Assembly (NCBI GenBank): GCA_037441385.1
Contig: JBBISH010000002.1
Location: 1-64,000, forward strand
Direction of reading: 5' to 3'
From: Myxococcales bacterium
GTDB taxonomy: Bacteria > Myxococcota_A > UBA9042
Length of the DNA: 64,000 nt
The translations under genes were made by a program, and so were the position numbers. Below the pieces are notes generated by a model. It made no database searches. It was not told the DNA's origin and saw only the letters and a list, made by a program, of their open reading frames with translations. Positions 22,501-30,344 of this stretch are shown here, in pieces (positions within the stretch are counted from its first letter, which is position 1; every line of letters begins with the position of its first letter).

Positions 22501-22790
22501 CGATGGCCGGCGCGGGCGGCTCGATCGAGCTGCTGGTCGGGACAACGGTGTTGGACATGGTCGGATACGGCACCGCCGGCACGTATCAGGGCTCGGGCCC
22601 GGCCACCGTCCACACCGGCACGGGCAGCATGGAGCGCAAGGCCAAGGCCACCAGCACTGCTGCGACGATGGGCATCGGCGGCGCGGACGAGTTCGCCGGC
22701 AACGGCTGGGACACCAAGGACAACGCCGGGGACTTCGTGGTGCGGACCGCGCGCCAGCCGCAAAACAGCTCAAGCCCCCCGGAACCCTAG
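19581..22790 (+). CDS. Large Cys-rich repeat lipoprotein with C-terminal lamin-tail domain
   Basis: GGAG RBS before ATG 19581, lipobox VAGC, acidic linker, CDGLDNDCDG motif, tandem CDD..CT.DSC repeats, LTD motif ISEF...DEFIELYNP. Confidence 0.85.
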   Translation: MKVDRLARWVALTCLAWAVAGCGASAGSGQTNGGSTSGTGDSTADVAADGAGDDAADVGSPDLGPPPSDAPDSGDGGTTADSDAASDMADSGGELPGEDANATPEIAEMDTVLADSADAGEPDGQDADVAAGEDATATDAAVEEVDAGCPASGCPCATASECASGACLLRKNGSHTCGVVCGSGCPKGQVCDSKGEFCVEPDLQLCDPCGSNADCNAAGSGDVCIKLGAGGSFCGIACGTVSNCPSGYECMQVKDAQGALVAQCRPAGGAPCGCSPRAVELALATTCTSAATPCAGQRKCSPAGLGSCQAPEPTSEVCDGLDNDCDGQTDAAGLCDDQLPCTTDVCGAGGCQFVPLATGATCDDLEPCTQNDGCDGKGSCAPGAAADCDDQNACTGDSCEAGKGCVHLALDATCDDGDACSAGEACKGGVCQGGKAVDCGDGNACTDDSCNSATGCKVVFNSAPCSDGDVCTLGDVCDGGFCTIAGPLDCDDKNPCTADSCDGVKGCQHGATAGACSDGSACTSGDTCFSGLCQAGTAVNCDDGKVCTTDSCEPASGCTHATNTAPCSDGNACSNGDTCADGACKSGPALECDDGKVCTTDSCDPAKGCVNAANSEPCSDGNACTLDDLCGGAICQPGKALSCDDKNPCTADSCDAKAGCVNIPDTITCSDGNACTQSDTCGGGACLPGSAVACDDQNPCTNDSCDPSKGCVALPNAATCSDGSACTTDDACSGGKCGGTALDCDDKNPCTADSCDKLSGCTSLPNSATCTDGNSCTAGDTCSGGACQPGGASACNDNQVCTDDTCDASVGCVYLPNTATCSDGSICTGGDVCSGGKCAGSALNCDDGNGCTADSCDLVKGCVHTALTCAVGTACQKSTGTCSAKVLISEFAVTGNAADDEFIELYNPGDAAASLKGMQVAYRSATGSTWGNKLPTGGVTDLTIPAKGFFLITSGGSNYTGTTSPDFTATAGLAMAGAGGSIELLVGTTVLDMVGYGTAGTYQGSGPATVHTGTGSMERKAKATSTAATMGIGGADEFAGNGWDTKDNAGDFVVRTARQPQNSSSPPEP
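20583..22170 (+). repeat. Intragenic tandem ~50-aa Cys-rich repeats (Dictyostelium-repeat-like)
   Basis: Counted 11 CDD..CT.D[ST]C-type units alternating with 10 C[SD]DG..C...D.C-type units. Confidence 0.85.
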
Positions 22791-23243
22791 CCGTCGCGTT
22801 GGGGGGCATTTTCTACTGCCTGTTATTCAAGGGTTTTTTGAGCGTCCCGGCCCGGCGATCGGAAGGTGCCGGGCAATTTCTGCGCGACCGGCGCCGGGCC
22901 GTCGCGCTGCGGCCGCCGGTCGTACGGGCTTCGCGCGGAGCCGGTCGCCCCTGCTCCCGGCGGTGGCGACGCCTGGTTGGCGCCGCCACCCTGCGGGCCA
23001 GCATCGCTGACGCGGAATACCGTTTCTCCAGCGATTTCACCAAGTAGAAACTGCCCAGGGCGCACTACTCGGTGGGCGCAGGACGTGGCAGTCAGCTGGC
23101 CCGTGCCCCCAAACGTGCACCGCCGCCGCCCGTCGCTTGAACAGTCCGAGCAGGACTTGACGCGCCCAACCAAGTGCTGCATTTTCAGCCACCTGACCAC
23201 CACCCGACGCATTGGGCCGGAACCCAACCGTCAAGGACATACC

Positions 23244-24485
23244 ATGAAACTCAAAGGACTATTCGTTGTTGCCCTGGCATTGACGCCGGCTTGCGGCTCC
23301 GCCAACTCCGGCACCACCAGCACGTCGGGCAGCAGTTCGGTGCCCACCGCGGATGCTTTTTTTGCCGCCTTTGCGGACCAAGCCTGTACCGCCATGCCCA
23401 GTTGTACGCTGGTAGACAGCACGCTCAAGCTGCGCACCAAAGAGGGTTGCCTGGCGCTCTTTGGCTCCCAGCTCTTCACCAAAGCGAAAGAGTACATCGC
23501 CGACGGGACCATCAAGTACGACCCGGCCGCGGGTGCAGCCTGCTTGGCCGCGACCAAGACCGACTGTGCCGGGTTGATGAAGATGGGCGACGTCCCCGTA
23601 TGCCGCAAAGCGCTGGCGGGCACGCTGGCAGATGGCAAGACTTGCTCGGAAAGTGCCCAATGCCAGTCGGACTTCTGCGCGACCAAGGACTACACGTGCA
23701 GCACCGGTGTGTGCAAGGCCAGGGTCGCGGCGGGCGCCGCCTGTGCCCCACAGGACCAATGCCTCGAAGGGCTCCGCTGCGTCGCCGGCAAGTGCGCGTC
23801 CGACGCGCCGGCCAAGCTGGGCGAGAGCTGCACCGACCTTTCGTGCGCCGACGGCGCCTACTGCGACTTTGCCGCATCCGGCAAGTGCGTCGCGCAAAAG
23901 CCCGCGGGCGCCGACTGCAGCGGCAGCGATGAATGCGCCGCACCCAACTTCTGCAATGGCGACAAGGCGGGCAAGTGTGCGCCGCTCCCGCCAGAGGGTC
24001 AGCCCTGCAAGTGGACCGACGGTCCCAAGGCGTGTGCCAACGGTCTTGTCTGCGTGGCCACTAGCGCGCTGGCCAGCGGCACCTGCAAGAAGCCCACGGC
24101 GATGGGCGCCGCCTGCACGTCGTCGACCGAGTGCGGCGGCATCGACGTTGGCTGCATCGGTGATTCGGCCAAGAAATGTGCCGTGTTGCCAGGCAAGGGT
24201 CAGCCGTGCAAGGCGCCCGACGCCGTGACCCTGGAAGTGTTCACGTGCTTGCTACCGTACACGTGCAGCAAGGGTGTCTGCAGCGATCCGCCGGGTGCCG
24301 ACCAAGACTGCGCGGCAATTACCAAGAGCTGCGCCGAAGGGCTGCTCTGCGACAGCGCCACCACAAAGTGCAAGGCCCGGCCCGGCAACGGCGAGCCGTG
24401 CCCCGGCTACGAGTGCGCGCCCAACTTCACCTGCGACAGTAGCGGCGGCAGCCCCGGCACTTGCAAGCCGTCAGTGTGCCAGTAG
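23244..24485 (+). CDS. Cys-rich repeat lipoprotein (Dickkopf/EB-like small disulfide modules)
   Basis: AAGGA RBS, ATG 23244, lipobox LTPAC, many G..C.....C..G..C modules. Confidence 0.8.
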   Translation: MKLKGLFVVALALTPACGSANSGTTSTSGSSSVPTADAFFAAFADQACTAMPSCTLVDSTLKLRTKEGCLALFGSQLFTKAKEYIADGTIKYDPAAGAACLAATKTDCAGLMKMGDVPVCRKALAGTLADGKTCSESAQCQSDFCATKDYTCSTGVCKARVAAGAACAPQDQCLEGLRCVAGKCASDAPAKLGESCTDLSCADGAYCDFAASGKCVAQKPAGADCSGSDECAAPNFCNGDKAGKCAPLPPEGQPCKWTDGPKACANGLVCVATSALASGTCKKPTAMGAACTSSTECGGIDVGCIGDSAKKCAVLPGKGQPCKAPDAVTLEVFTCLLPYTCSKGVCSDPPGADQDCAAITKSCAEGLLCDSATTKCKARPGNGEPCPGYECAPNFTCDSSGGSPGTCKPSVCQ

Positions 24486-24565
24486 GCCCGCGGGGCCCCA
24501 GCGCGCGACCACGTTCATCGTGGCGCCGCGCGTACAGGCGGCAAGGGCGCCTGTCGGCCCAATCC

Positions 24566-24697
24566 TACGGAATCCGTCTGAATTGGCTCAGAAACTTCAG
24601 CCATTCTTGCGGCCCGAACTGGAGCCCGCGACTGATTCTGGCCGGTTGCAGGCCGAGCCAAAGAAACCGTGCCGGTATGAATCCGCTGGGCGTCGTT
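24566..24697 (-). mobile_element. Diverged copy 1 of 132-bp MITE-like element (inverted relative to copies 2 and 3)
   Basis: Reverse complement aligns without gaps to copy 2 at 92/123 positions (manual count over 24574-24696). Left end reads TACGGAATCCGTCTGA. Confidence 0.7.
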
Positions 24698-24901
24698 GGA
24701 CTTGCGCCGAATCTTGCCCAGAAACTCAACCATGGCCTGCGATTGACGTCGGTCGACCAGCGGCGTAGCCTCGGACCACTGAGCCAGGACGATCGGTGTC
24801 CGTCGCGCCCAGCGAATCGACTGGCCGCAACCCTGCAACCGCGCAGGCGCTCTGGCTCGGCTGCAGATACGCCGACGCTCCAGTTCCATGAGGTAGGCGC
24901 C

Positions 24902-25720
24902 ATGGCAAGCTCCCCGGCGATTCGGACCGTAATTCAAGGTCTGCAGCGCCCGAGCTGGGCGTACCCGGCGGCGTGCGTTGCGCTCGTGACGGCAATCCTT
25001 GGCGTGGCGCCGGAGACCAAGCATGCCCTGGCCAAGCCACCGGTCGGGAACCGGCTGACCGTCGCTGACTTCGCTCGGACGCGGCCCGGCATGACCGCAT
25101 ACGTGGTAGAGACTTCCTCGTGGAACGACCGCCCGCGCGAGACCCACCGCGGTCAATACAAAGTCTTGGGGCCTGTGCCGCTTGCCGGCCGACAAGTGTG
25201 GCGGTACGACGTCGAGTGGGATGGGGGCCGGTCCGGCAAGCGCTACTGGCGCGAATTTCAAGAAGTAACCGCGGATATCTCCCGCACGGTCGCCTCCCAG
25301 TCGGTGGAGTGGACGCCGACCCCGCTGCCCAAGCCTTGGGTCGACCTGCACGGCCCCATTGCCAAAGGTACGACCTGGCGCTTCAGCAACTCCAGCGGCG
25401 ACCCCCAGACCGGCGACTTCCGAGTAGAAAGCAGAATCGTTGCCACGGACATCGCCATCGATGGTTGGCACCAGTGCATCCAGGTCCGCTCGACGGACCG
25501 CAGCGCCGGACCGGCGGACTTCGCGTGCGACGGCGAGGTGCGCCGCTACACGAGCATGACCAATACGACCGACATCTGGTACTGCCCGACCGTTGGCCAG
25601 GTGCGCGGCCACTACGCCAACGTGTACAAGCTCCAGGGCGGCGGCGTTTGTACGAGAATCGCAGACATCTGGCTCGACCACGTGGAGAATGGCCCCGATA
25701 CCCAAGCGCCGCGGAAGTGA
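24902..25720 (+). CDS. Hypothetical secreted beta-rich protein
   Basis: GAGG RBS, hydrophobic signal-like segment, WYCPTVGQVR motif reminiscent of DUF3108-like proteins. Confidence 0.6.
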   Translation: MASSPAIRTVIQGLQRPSWAYPAACVALVTAILGVAPETKHALAKPPVGNRLTVADFARTRPGMTAYVVETSSWNDRPRETHRGQYKVLGPVPLAGRQVWRYDVEWDGGRSGKRYWREFQEVTADISRTVASQSVEWTPTPLPKPWVDLHGPIAKGTTWRFSNSSGDPQTGDFRVESRIVATDIAIDGWHQCIQVRSTDRSAGPADFACDGEVRRYTSMTNTTDIWYCPTVGQVRGHYANVYKLQGGGVCTRIADIWLDHVENGPDTQAPRK

Positions 25721-25827
25721 CGTGGGCGCCGCCGTTCGCGTGGTCGCCCCTTGCCCAGACTAGCCTGCCTTGCCGGTTAGCTACAGTGATCGTGACCGCG
25801 TTTTAGGCCGGAAGGCCACGGAAACCC

Positions 25828-26325
25828 ATGCGCATCTTGGCCATTCTTGCCACCCTGACCGCCAACTGCTGGCCACTTGGGCCGGCGTTCGCTGAGCCGC
25901 GGCACGGGGCCTCGATCATCTTGGACGCCTGGGTGGTCTCGACCGGCAAACACCAGGGCAATCCGCTGATCGTGCGCAGGAACCGGCCGTTCAAGTCGGC
26001 GCAAACCCGCAAGGTCTATCCGACCCGCGCCGGCATCGCCTTCAAGCTGCTGGCACCGCGGGCGGATGGCTGGCCGACCGACAAGGAGCTGGCGGTCCTG
26101 GCGCAAATCGAGACGTTCGTGGTGGAGCGCTTCCAAATCGAGGACCGCTCGGTCGTCGTGGTGATCCTCACCACCTCGGGTTTCCGCGAATTCATGCTCT
26201 ACACCAAGGACAAGGCCTCGGTCACCCAGCATCTTGCCGAGCTGCGCGCACGTTTCCCGGCCTACTCGTTCACGACCTACTTCCGGGACGACAAAGAGTG
26301 GCGTGGCTACCACGAGTTCGAGTAG
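25828..26325 (+). CDS. DUF695 domain protein
   Basis: Pattern GWP...EL..L..IE ... T.SG.REF..Y ... DKEW..Y typical of DUF695. Confidence 0.75.
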   Translation: MRILAILATLTANCWPLGPAFAEPRHGASIILDAWVVSTGKHQGNPLIVRRNRPFKSAQTRKVYPTRAGIAFKLLAPRADGWPTDKELAVLAQIETFVVERFQIEDRSVVVVILTTSGFREFMLYTKDKASVTQHLAELRARFPAYSFTTYFRDDKEWRGYHEFE

Positions 26326-26424
26326 CAGCGCAGAGCCCCCTTGGAGGTCACCCTGCTTTGCACCGGAGGAGGCGGCACGCGCTTGGCCTTCCGCCAGGCT
26401 GGTCAACGTCGCAAAGGGACGTAC

Positions 26425-27384
26425 ATGCCAAAGCTTTCGCCAGTCGGGTTTGATTCGGTAGCCAACCGCTACCTGTTCGTGCAGGACGTGGGCAGCCTGG
26501 ACCAACTGAATGCCGACCTGGACCTGGGTTCTCGCTATTTCGTCTGCTTGGTTGCCGCGGACACGACGCAGGTGCCGGCTGCGGAGCGCCTTGCGCTGGC
26601 GCGGCGCCTGTGCGCGGCGGGCTGCGTCTATCTGCTCGCCTGGGGGCCGGGTTGCGAGGCCCTGCACGACGCGGCGGACGAGGTGTTGGCCCGTGAGTTC
26701 GAGGACGGCGGCAAAGTCCACCGAATCACCACCTGGCACGCCGGCGAACCGCTGTCCGAGGCCCTGTGGTCGGCGCTGTGGGCCGCCTGGCCGGCGGATG
26801 CCTTCTTCGACGAATGCAACGCCCTGCTGGTGCTGTGTGTCGGGGCGCCGCATTGGGCCGACCCTTGCCGCAAGGCGCTGCAGGACGTGCGTCGCTTCTC
26901 CCAATCCGTGCTGGGGTATCCCGAAGACAGGCAGTGGCCGGCGCCGTTGGCGGACGCACAGGAGGCAACTGCGGAGTCACGAAGCGCATTTGGCGCTCAC
27001 GTTGGGCTGGTTCCGTTGGAAGAGGACGTGCTCCACCTGCTGCTGGCGGGCGACGACGCCGTGCTGGTCGTGCTCCGGCAGCAGCTTGCGCAGGCGTCCG
27101 TCTGGTTTCGCAGCTGTTCCGGAGTCGGGATCTTCTGCGACTTCGACGTTCCGGCGAGCGCGCCGCGCGTCGAGCACCCCCGCGACTTCGTGTTTGGCGA
27201 TGTCCATGCTGACGTCCCCGGGTTGGAGCTTGGGCTCGACTTCGTGCTGTTGGTCCGCGACGGCGCGCTTGCCATGCTGGAAGGCTTTGCGTTCGATGAG
27301 CCATGGCCGGAGAGCTTGGAGGGTCTGTCTTTGCGGTACCACGATGCTGGCGGGCGACGGGGGCTGCCTTGGCGCGGGGCGTGA
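26425..27384 (+). CDS. Hypothetical two-domain protein; C-terminal domain immunity-protein-like
   Basis: N-terminal domain (AWGPGCEALHD, ITTWH) linked to SGVGIFCDF...GLDFVLLVRDG.L.MLEGF...EPWP. Confidence 0.65.
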   Translation: MPKLSPVGFDSVANRYLFVQDVGSLDQLNADLDLGSRYFVCLVAADTTQVPAAERLALARRLCAAGCVYLLAWGPGCEALHDAADEVLAREFEDGGKVHRITTWHAGEPLSEALWSALWAAWPADAFFDECNALLVLCVGAPHWADPCRKALQDVRRFSQSVLGYPEDRQWPAPLADAQEATAESRSAFGAHVGLVPLEEDVLHLLLAGDDAVLVVLRQQLAQASVWFRSCSGVGIFCDFDVPASAPRVEHPRDFVFGDVHADVPGLELGLDFVLLVRDGALAMLEGFAFDEPWPESLEGLSLRYHDAGGRRGLPWRGA

Positions 27385-27618
27385 GGGGCTGGCCTGGGCT
27401 CAGGCACAAAGGTCCGGCAGTGGCACAGCACCCGGCGGATGCCTGCTGGTAGAGTCTGGGGGCCCAGCACCCAAGTGCGCAGCGGCTGTTTCGCCGCGGG
27501 GTCGGGACATTCGGCCGCGCAGGAGTCGGTCGCAGGCCAGAGGCCGGCTGTATCCGAAGAGGGACCGCGCAGGTAAGCTACCTGTCGGTTTCGGCGCGAA
27601 CTGCAACCGCACCCAACC

Positions 27619-27644
27619 GGGCGGGCGTGGAAGCCCGCCCCTAC
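27619..27644 (-). repeat. GTAG-type REP-like hairpin
   Basis: Minus strand reads GTAG-GGGCGGGC-TTCCAC-GCCCGCCC: an 8-bp perfect stem preceded by GTAG. Confidence 0.55.
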
Positions 27645-27754
27645 TCCGGCGCGAGCCGTTCGGAGGGCCCCCTTGCCCAAACCACCCCCAAAGCGCACCA
27701 TCGGCACCACCGGCACCCTTCGATCGCCGGCCCCACCTGCAAGCTTTCGAACTG

Positions 27755-27768
27755 TGATGACGTCATCA
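27755..27768. promoter_or_regulatory. Perfect 14-bp palindrome TGATGACGTCATCA, candidate operator
   Basis: Perfect, relatively AT-rich dyad ~35 bp upstream of ATG 27804. Confidence 0.4.
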
Positions 27769-27803
27769 GAGCTCCAAAGCTCGCACCCACGACCCGAGGC
27801 ACG

Positions 27804-28508
27804 ATGATCACCGACCTGCAACCCATTGCTGCGACTACCGATTATTCGCCCATCCTCGATCAGCTGGCAGCGCTGTCGCGCAACCTCCTGCTCGCGTTTC
27901 GCCTGGAGGTCGGCAAGCTGATGCTGAGCGAGTACTTTGGTGGCAGCGCCCACGCCTACCGCGACCACGACCCGGCCAAACCAAGCAGCTTCAACGACTT
28001 CGCCCGCACCTGCCAGGCAGAGCTGGAAGGTTTTGGCCTCAGCGCCACCGTGCTGCGCCAGTGTATCTTGGCGCGCGTCGCCTGGGACGGGCTGCCGCCG
28101 GGCGTGCGCGACCAGCTGAAATTCAGTCAGGTCGTTCAGTTGGCGCGGGTGGACGAGCCGAACATGCGCGCGCGCCTGGCCTTTGACGCCACGCAGCAGC
28201 AGTGGAACGTCGCCCAGCTGCGCGACGCGATTGCCCGCGCCGGCGACCACCGCTACTACGACACCGACCCGACCACGCCCGGCACCCAGCCGCCGCCCGC
28301 GGAACTGGACGAGGCGAGCTACCAGCCCGGGCGCCTGGTCACGCAATTGGTCAAGGCGGGCAAGGAGCTGCAGGACTGGGAGGCGGCGTGGTCCACGGTG
28401 GCGGGCAAGAAGCTGCGCGGCGCCCAGCGGCAGCGGCTGCACGATGCGCTGGCAACCCTGAAGGCCCAGGTGGCGCGGTTGGAGGCGCAGTTGGGGGCGG
28501 CGGAGTAG
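27804..28508 (+). CDS. Stand-alone YhcG N-terminal (DUF1016_N)-like protein with C-terminal coiled coil
   Basis: GAGG RBS. Segments LEVGKLM, GFGLSATVLR and QLKFSQVVQL..V.EP..RA......QQWNVAQLRDAI resemble the DUF1016_N pattern. Heptad-like C-terminus. Confidence 0.55.
   Translation: MITDLQPIAATTDYSPILDQLAALSRNLLLAFRLEVGKLMLSEYFGGSAHAYRDHDPAKPSSFNDFARTCQAELEGFGLSATVLRQCILARVAWDGLPPGVRDQLKFSQVVQLARVDEPNMRARLAFDATQQQWNVAQLRDAIARAGDHRYYDTDPTTPGTQPPPAELDEASYQPGRLVTQLVKAGKELQDWEAAWSTVAGKKLRGAQRQRLHDALATLKAQVARLEAQLGAAE
28393..28443 (+). repeat. 51-bp direct repeat, copy A (inside the 27804 gene)
   Basis: Matches 29502-29552 at 50/51 positions. Confidence 0.9.
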
Positions 28509-28621
28509 GACATGGCTGGGCTCAGAACGGAACGGAGACACTCTTGCAGACGGGCTCCGCTTCGATAGGCTATGAATTCATTCGCCGAGATCCTTCTGCG
28601 GCTGCCCGAAGAGAGTTCGAA

Positions 28622-29488
28622 ATGGAGCTTTTTGCCCGCCGGTTCGGCGTTGACGCCCTTCAGCGATCTCCCACCGCGTGGATGCGCGACCTTTTGCGCC
28701 ATTGGCGCCCCAGCGGCGAGCAATCCGGCGAAAACGGCCTGCGCCTGGCCGTGCGCAATGGCTACCTCAACTTCTATCGCCTTGGGCAGTCCATCGCCAA
28801 GGTGGGGCTCGACCGCGATGGCAGACCCGTGGGCCACGTGCACTGGAAGTACGTCTGGCCAAACGCACACGAGACGCCATCCTCGCAGTACGCAGCCATC
28901 CGTGGCGATTGCGCGCTGCTTGCCGGCCTACCGCCCGCAATTTATCAAGGCGAGGCAACCCTGCGGGCGTGGATCGAGCAGGCAGAGCAACACGCCGGCA
29001 TCGAGAAGCCCCACGTCGAACGCTTGGTCGCGACAACGCCCGGCGTGCTGGACCTGGAGATGGGGCAGCCAGGCACGGGGTATCGCGTCGACTTGGTCGA
29101 GCTCGAAGAGGACTCGGGCGGATTGTGGTTGCGCTGTGTCGAGGTCAAGTGTTCGAAAGACAAGCGGGTGCGCACCAAGGGCCCTCGACCAGAGGTGCTG
29201 GACCAACTCGATGCCTATGCAAAGTTCATCGGCCAGCCGACGAACGCAGGTGCGGTCCAGCGCGCGTATGCCGAAACGGCCCGCGTGCTCGTTGCCTTGG
29301 CGGACCTGGCGCGCGGCGCCGGCAATCCGGTGCAGCTCGACCCGCTGATACTGCGCGCACGCACAGAAACGTTGCGAATCCGGCCGCAAATCCGGCTGGC
29401 TGTGGTCTGCGAGGGGACGGACGCCAACTGGTGGGCGGTGCACCGGCCAAAGCTTGTCGACGCCGGAGCCGACCTCCGCGACGTCTAG
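28622..29488 (+). CDS. Putative PD-(D/E)XK nuclease
   Basis: E...RVDLV...VEVK...QL..Y catalytic-like pattern; N-terminal RLAVRNGYLNFYRLGQSI. Confidence 0.6.
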   Translation: MELFARRFGVDALQRSPTAWMRDLLRHWRPSGEQSGENGLRLAVRNGYLNFYRLGQSIAKVGLDRDGRPVGHVHWKYVWPNAHETPSSQYAAIRGDCALLAGLPPAIYQGEATLRAWIEQAEQHAGIEKPHVERLVATTPGVLDLEMGQPGTGYRVDLVELEEDSGGLWLRCVEVKCSKDKRVRTKGPRPEVLDQLDAYAKFIGQPTNAGAVQRAYAETARVLVALADLARGAGNPVQLDPLILRARTETLRIRPQIRLAVVCEGTDANWWAVHRPKLVDAGADLRDV

Positions 29489-29501
29489 CGGTGGCCGCTG
29501 G

Positions 29502-29552
29502 CCACGGTGGAGGGCAAGAAGCTGCGCGGCGCCCAGCGGCAGCGGCTGCACG
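29502..29552 (+). repeat. 51-bp direct repeat, copy B (13 bp after the nuclease stop)
   Basis: Matches 28393-28443 at 50/51 positions. Confidence 0.9.
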
Positions 29553-29580
29553 GCGGGTTGGCGCTATCTCGGCCGAATGA

Positions 29581-29712
29581 TACGAACCCCGTCTGATTCA
29601 CGCCTGTACGGCTTCTCTGACCCGGTCTGCAACCGGCGAGAATCAGGCGGGGACCCCGGTTCGGGCCCGAAGAATTGCCCGAGTTTTCGATCCGATTCGG
29701 ACGGGACTGGTA
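29581..29712 (+). mobile_element. 132-bp MITE-like element, copy 2
   Basis: TA at both ends, imperfect terminal inverted repeats, 128/132 identical to copy 3, intergenic. Confidence 0.8.
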
Positions 29713-29874
29713 TGAACTGCGTTTACGGCACCACCGTGCGGATCAGCGGCGCGGTGGCCGCGCAACTCCCCAGCGCAACCGATCGAAAAATTTGCCCAAC
29801 TGAGCATATTCGACGACAAGCATAGTGCCGGCACGCCGAGCTCTCATTCGGCCACTTCCGGACCAAGAGTCGTC

Positions 29875-30219
29875 ATGATCGCACGCCTTCTCTGCTGCGG
29901 TGTCGCCCTGGTGGTCAGCGCCGTGGCGTTTGCCGCCGACCCGCCCACCACCGCGCCGCGGCCGAACCTGGCTCCGGTGCCGGCCGCGCAAGCGGTCTCG
30001 ACCCACAGCCCCTACCTGACCGGCGAGTGCGCGATTTGCCACCAAAGCGCAGACCACAGCCGACCCGGTCCCGTCAGCGGCGGCGCCAACGCCAGCTGCC
30101 TGGGCTGCCATGGCGAATTTCGGACCCCAAAGGCCGTCCCCGGCCACACCGCCTCGGCCGCCTGCACCGCATGCCACAACCCGCACAATGCGCGGGCCAG
30201 GGCGTTGCTGCACCGCTAG
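29875..30219 (+). CDS. Small periplasmic triheme cytochrome c
   Basis: Signal peptide (AVAFA); three CXXCH motifs (CAICH, CLGCH, CTACHNPH). Confidence 0.8.
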   Translation: MIARLLCCGVALVVSAVAFAADPPTTAPRPNLAPVPAAQAVSTHSPYLTGECAICHQSADHSRPGPVSGGANASCLGCHGEFRTPKAVPGHTASAACTACHNPHNARARALLHR

Positions 30220-30344
30220 GCAGCAGACAAAGAGGGGGCGCGCCGTGGTAGAACAACGGCCGCGCGGGCCCGCGCCAAACCAACGGCCAACATGGTGCGT
30301 CCAAGTGGCGCCCACTCCCTGGGCATCCACGCAAGGACTGGGCC

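Noticed and set aside
22774..22812. Terminator after the LTD protein (GCCCCCC...GGGGGGC-ATTTT)
   Set aside because: Long loop overlapping the stop codon and a weak U-tract; too uncertain to list.
22844..22895. Possible fourth degenerate MITE copy (GATCGGAAGGTGCCGGGCAATTTC)
   Set aside because: Short, gapped similarity without TIRs; not convincing without an alignment score.
24573..24582. TCCGTCTGAA resembles the Neisseria DNA uptake sequence
   Set aside because: Single imperfect occurrence, explained as part of the MITE end.
28393..29552. 51-bp repeat as a DGR template/variable repeat pair
   Set aside because: Too short, only one mismatch, and no reverse transcriptase in the window.
29581..29712. 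132-bp repeat as an integron attC site (CGAAC...GTTCG with an internal stem)
   Set aside because: R/L box spacing does not fit, copies are not placed after each gene, one is inverted, and no integrase is present; TA ends and TIRs fit a MITE better.
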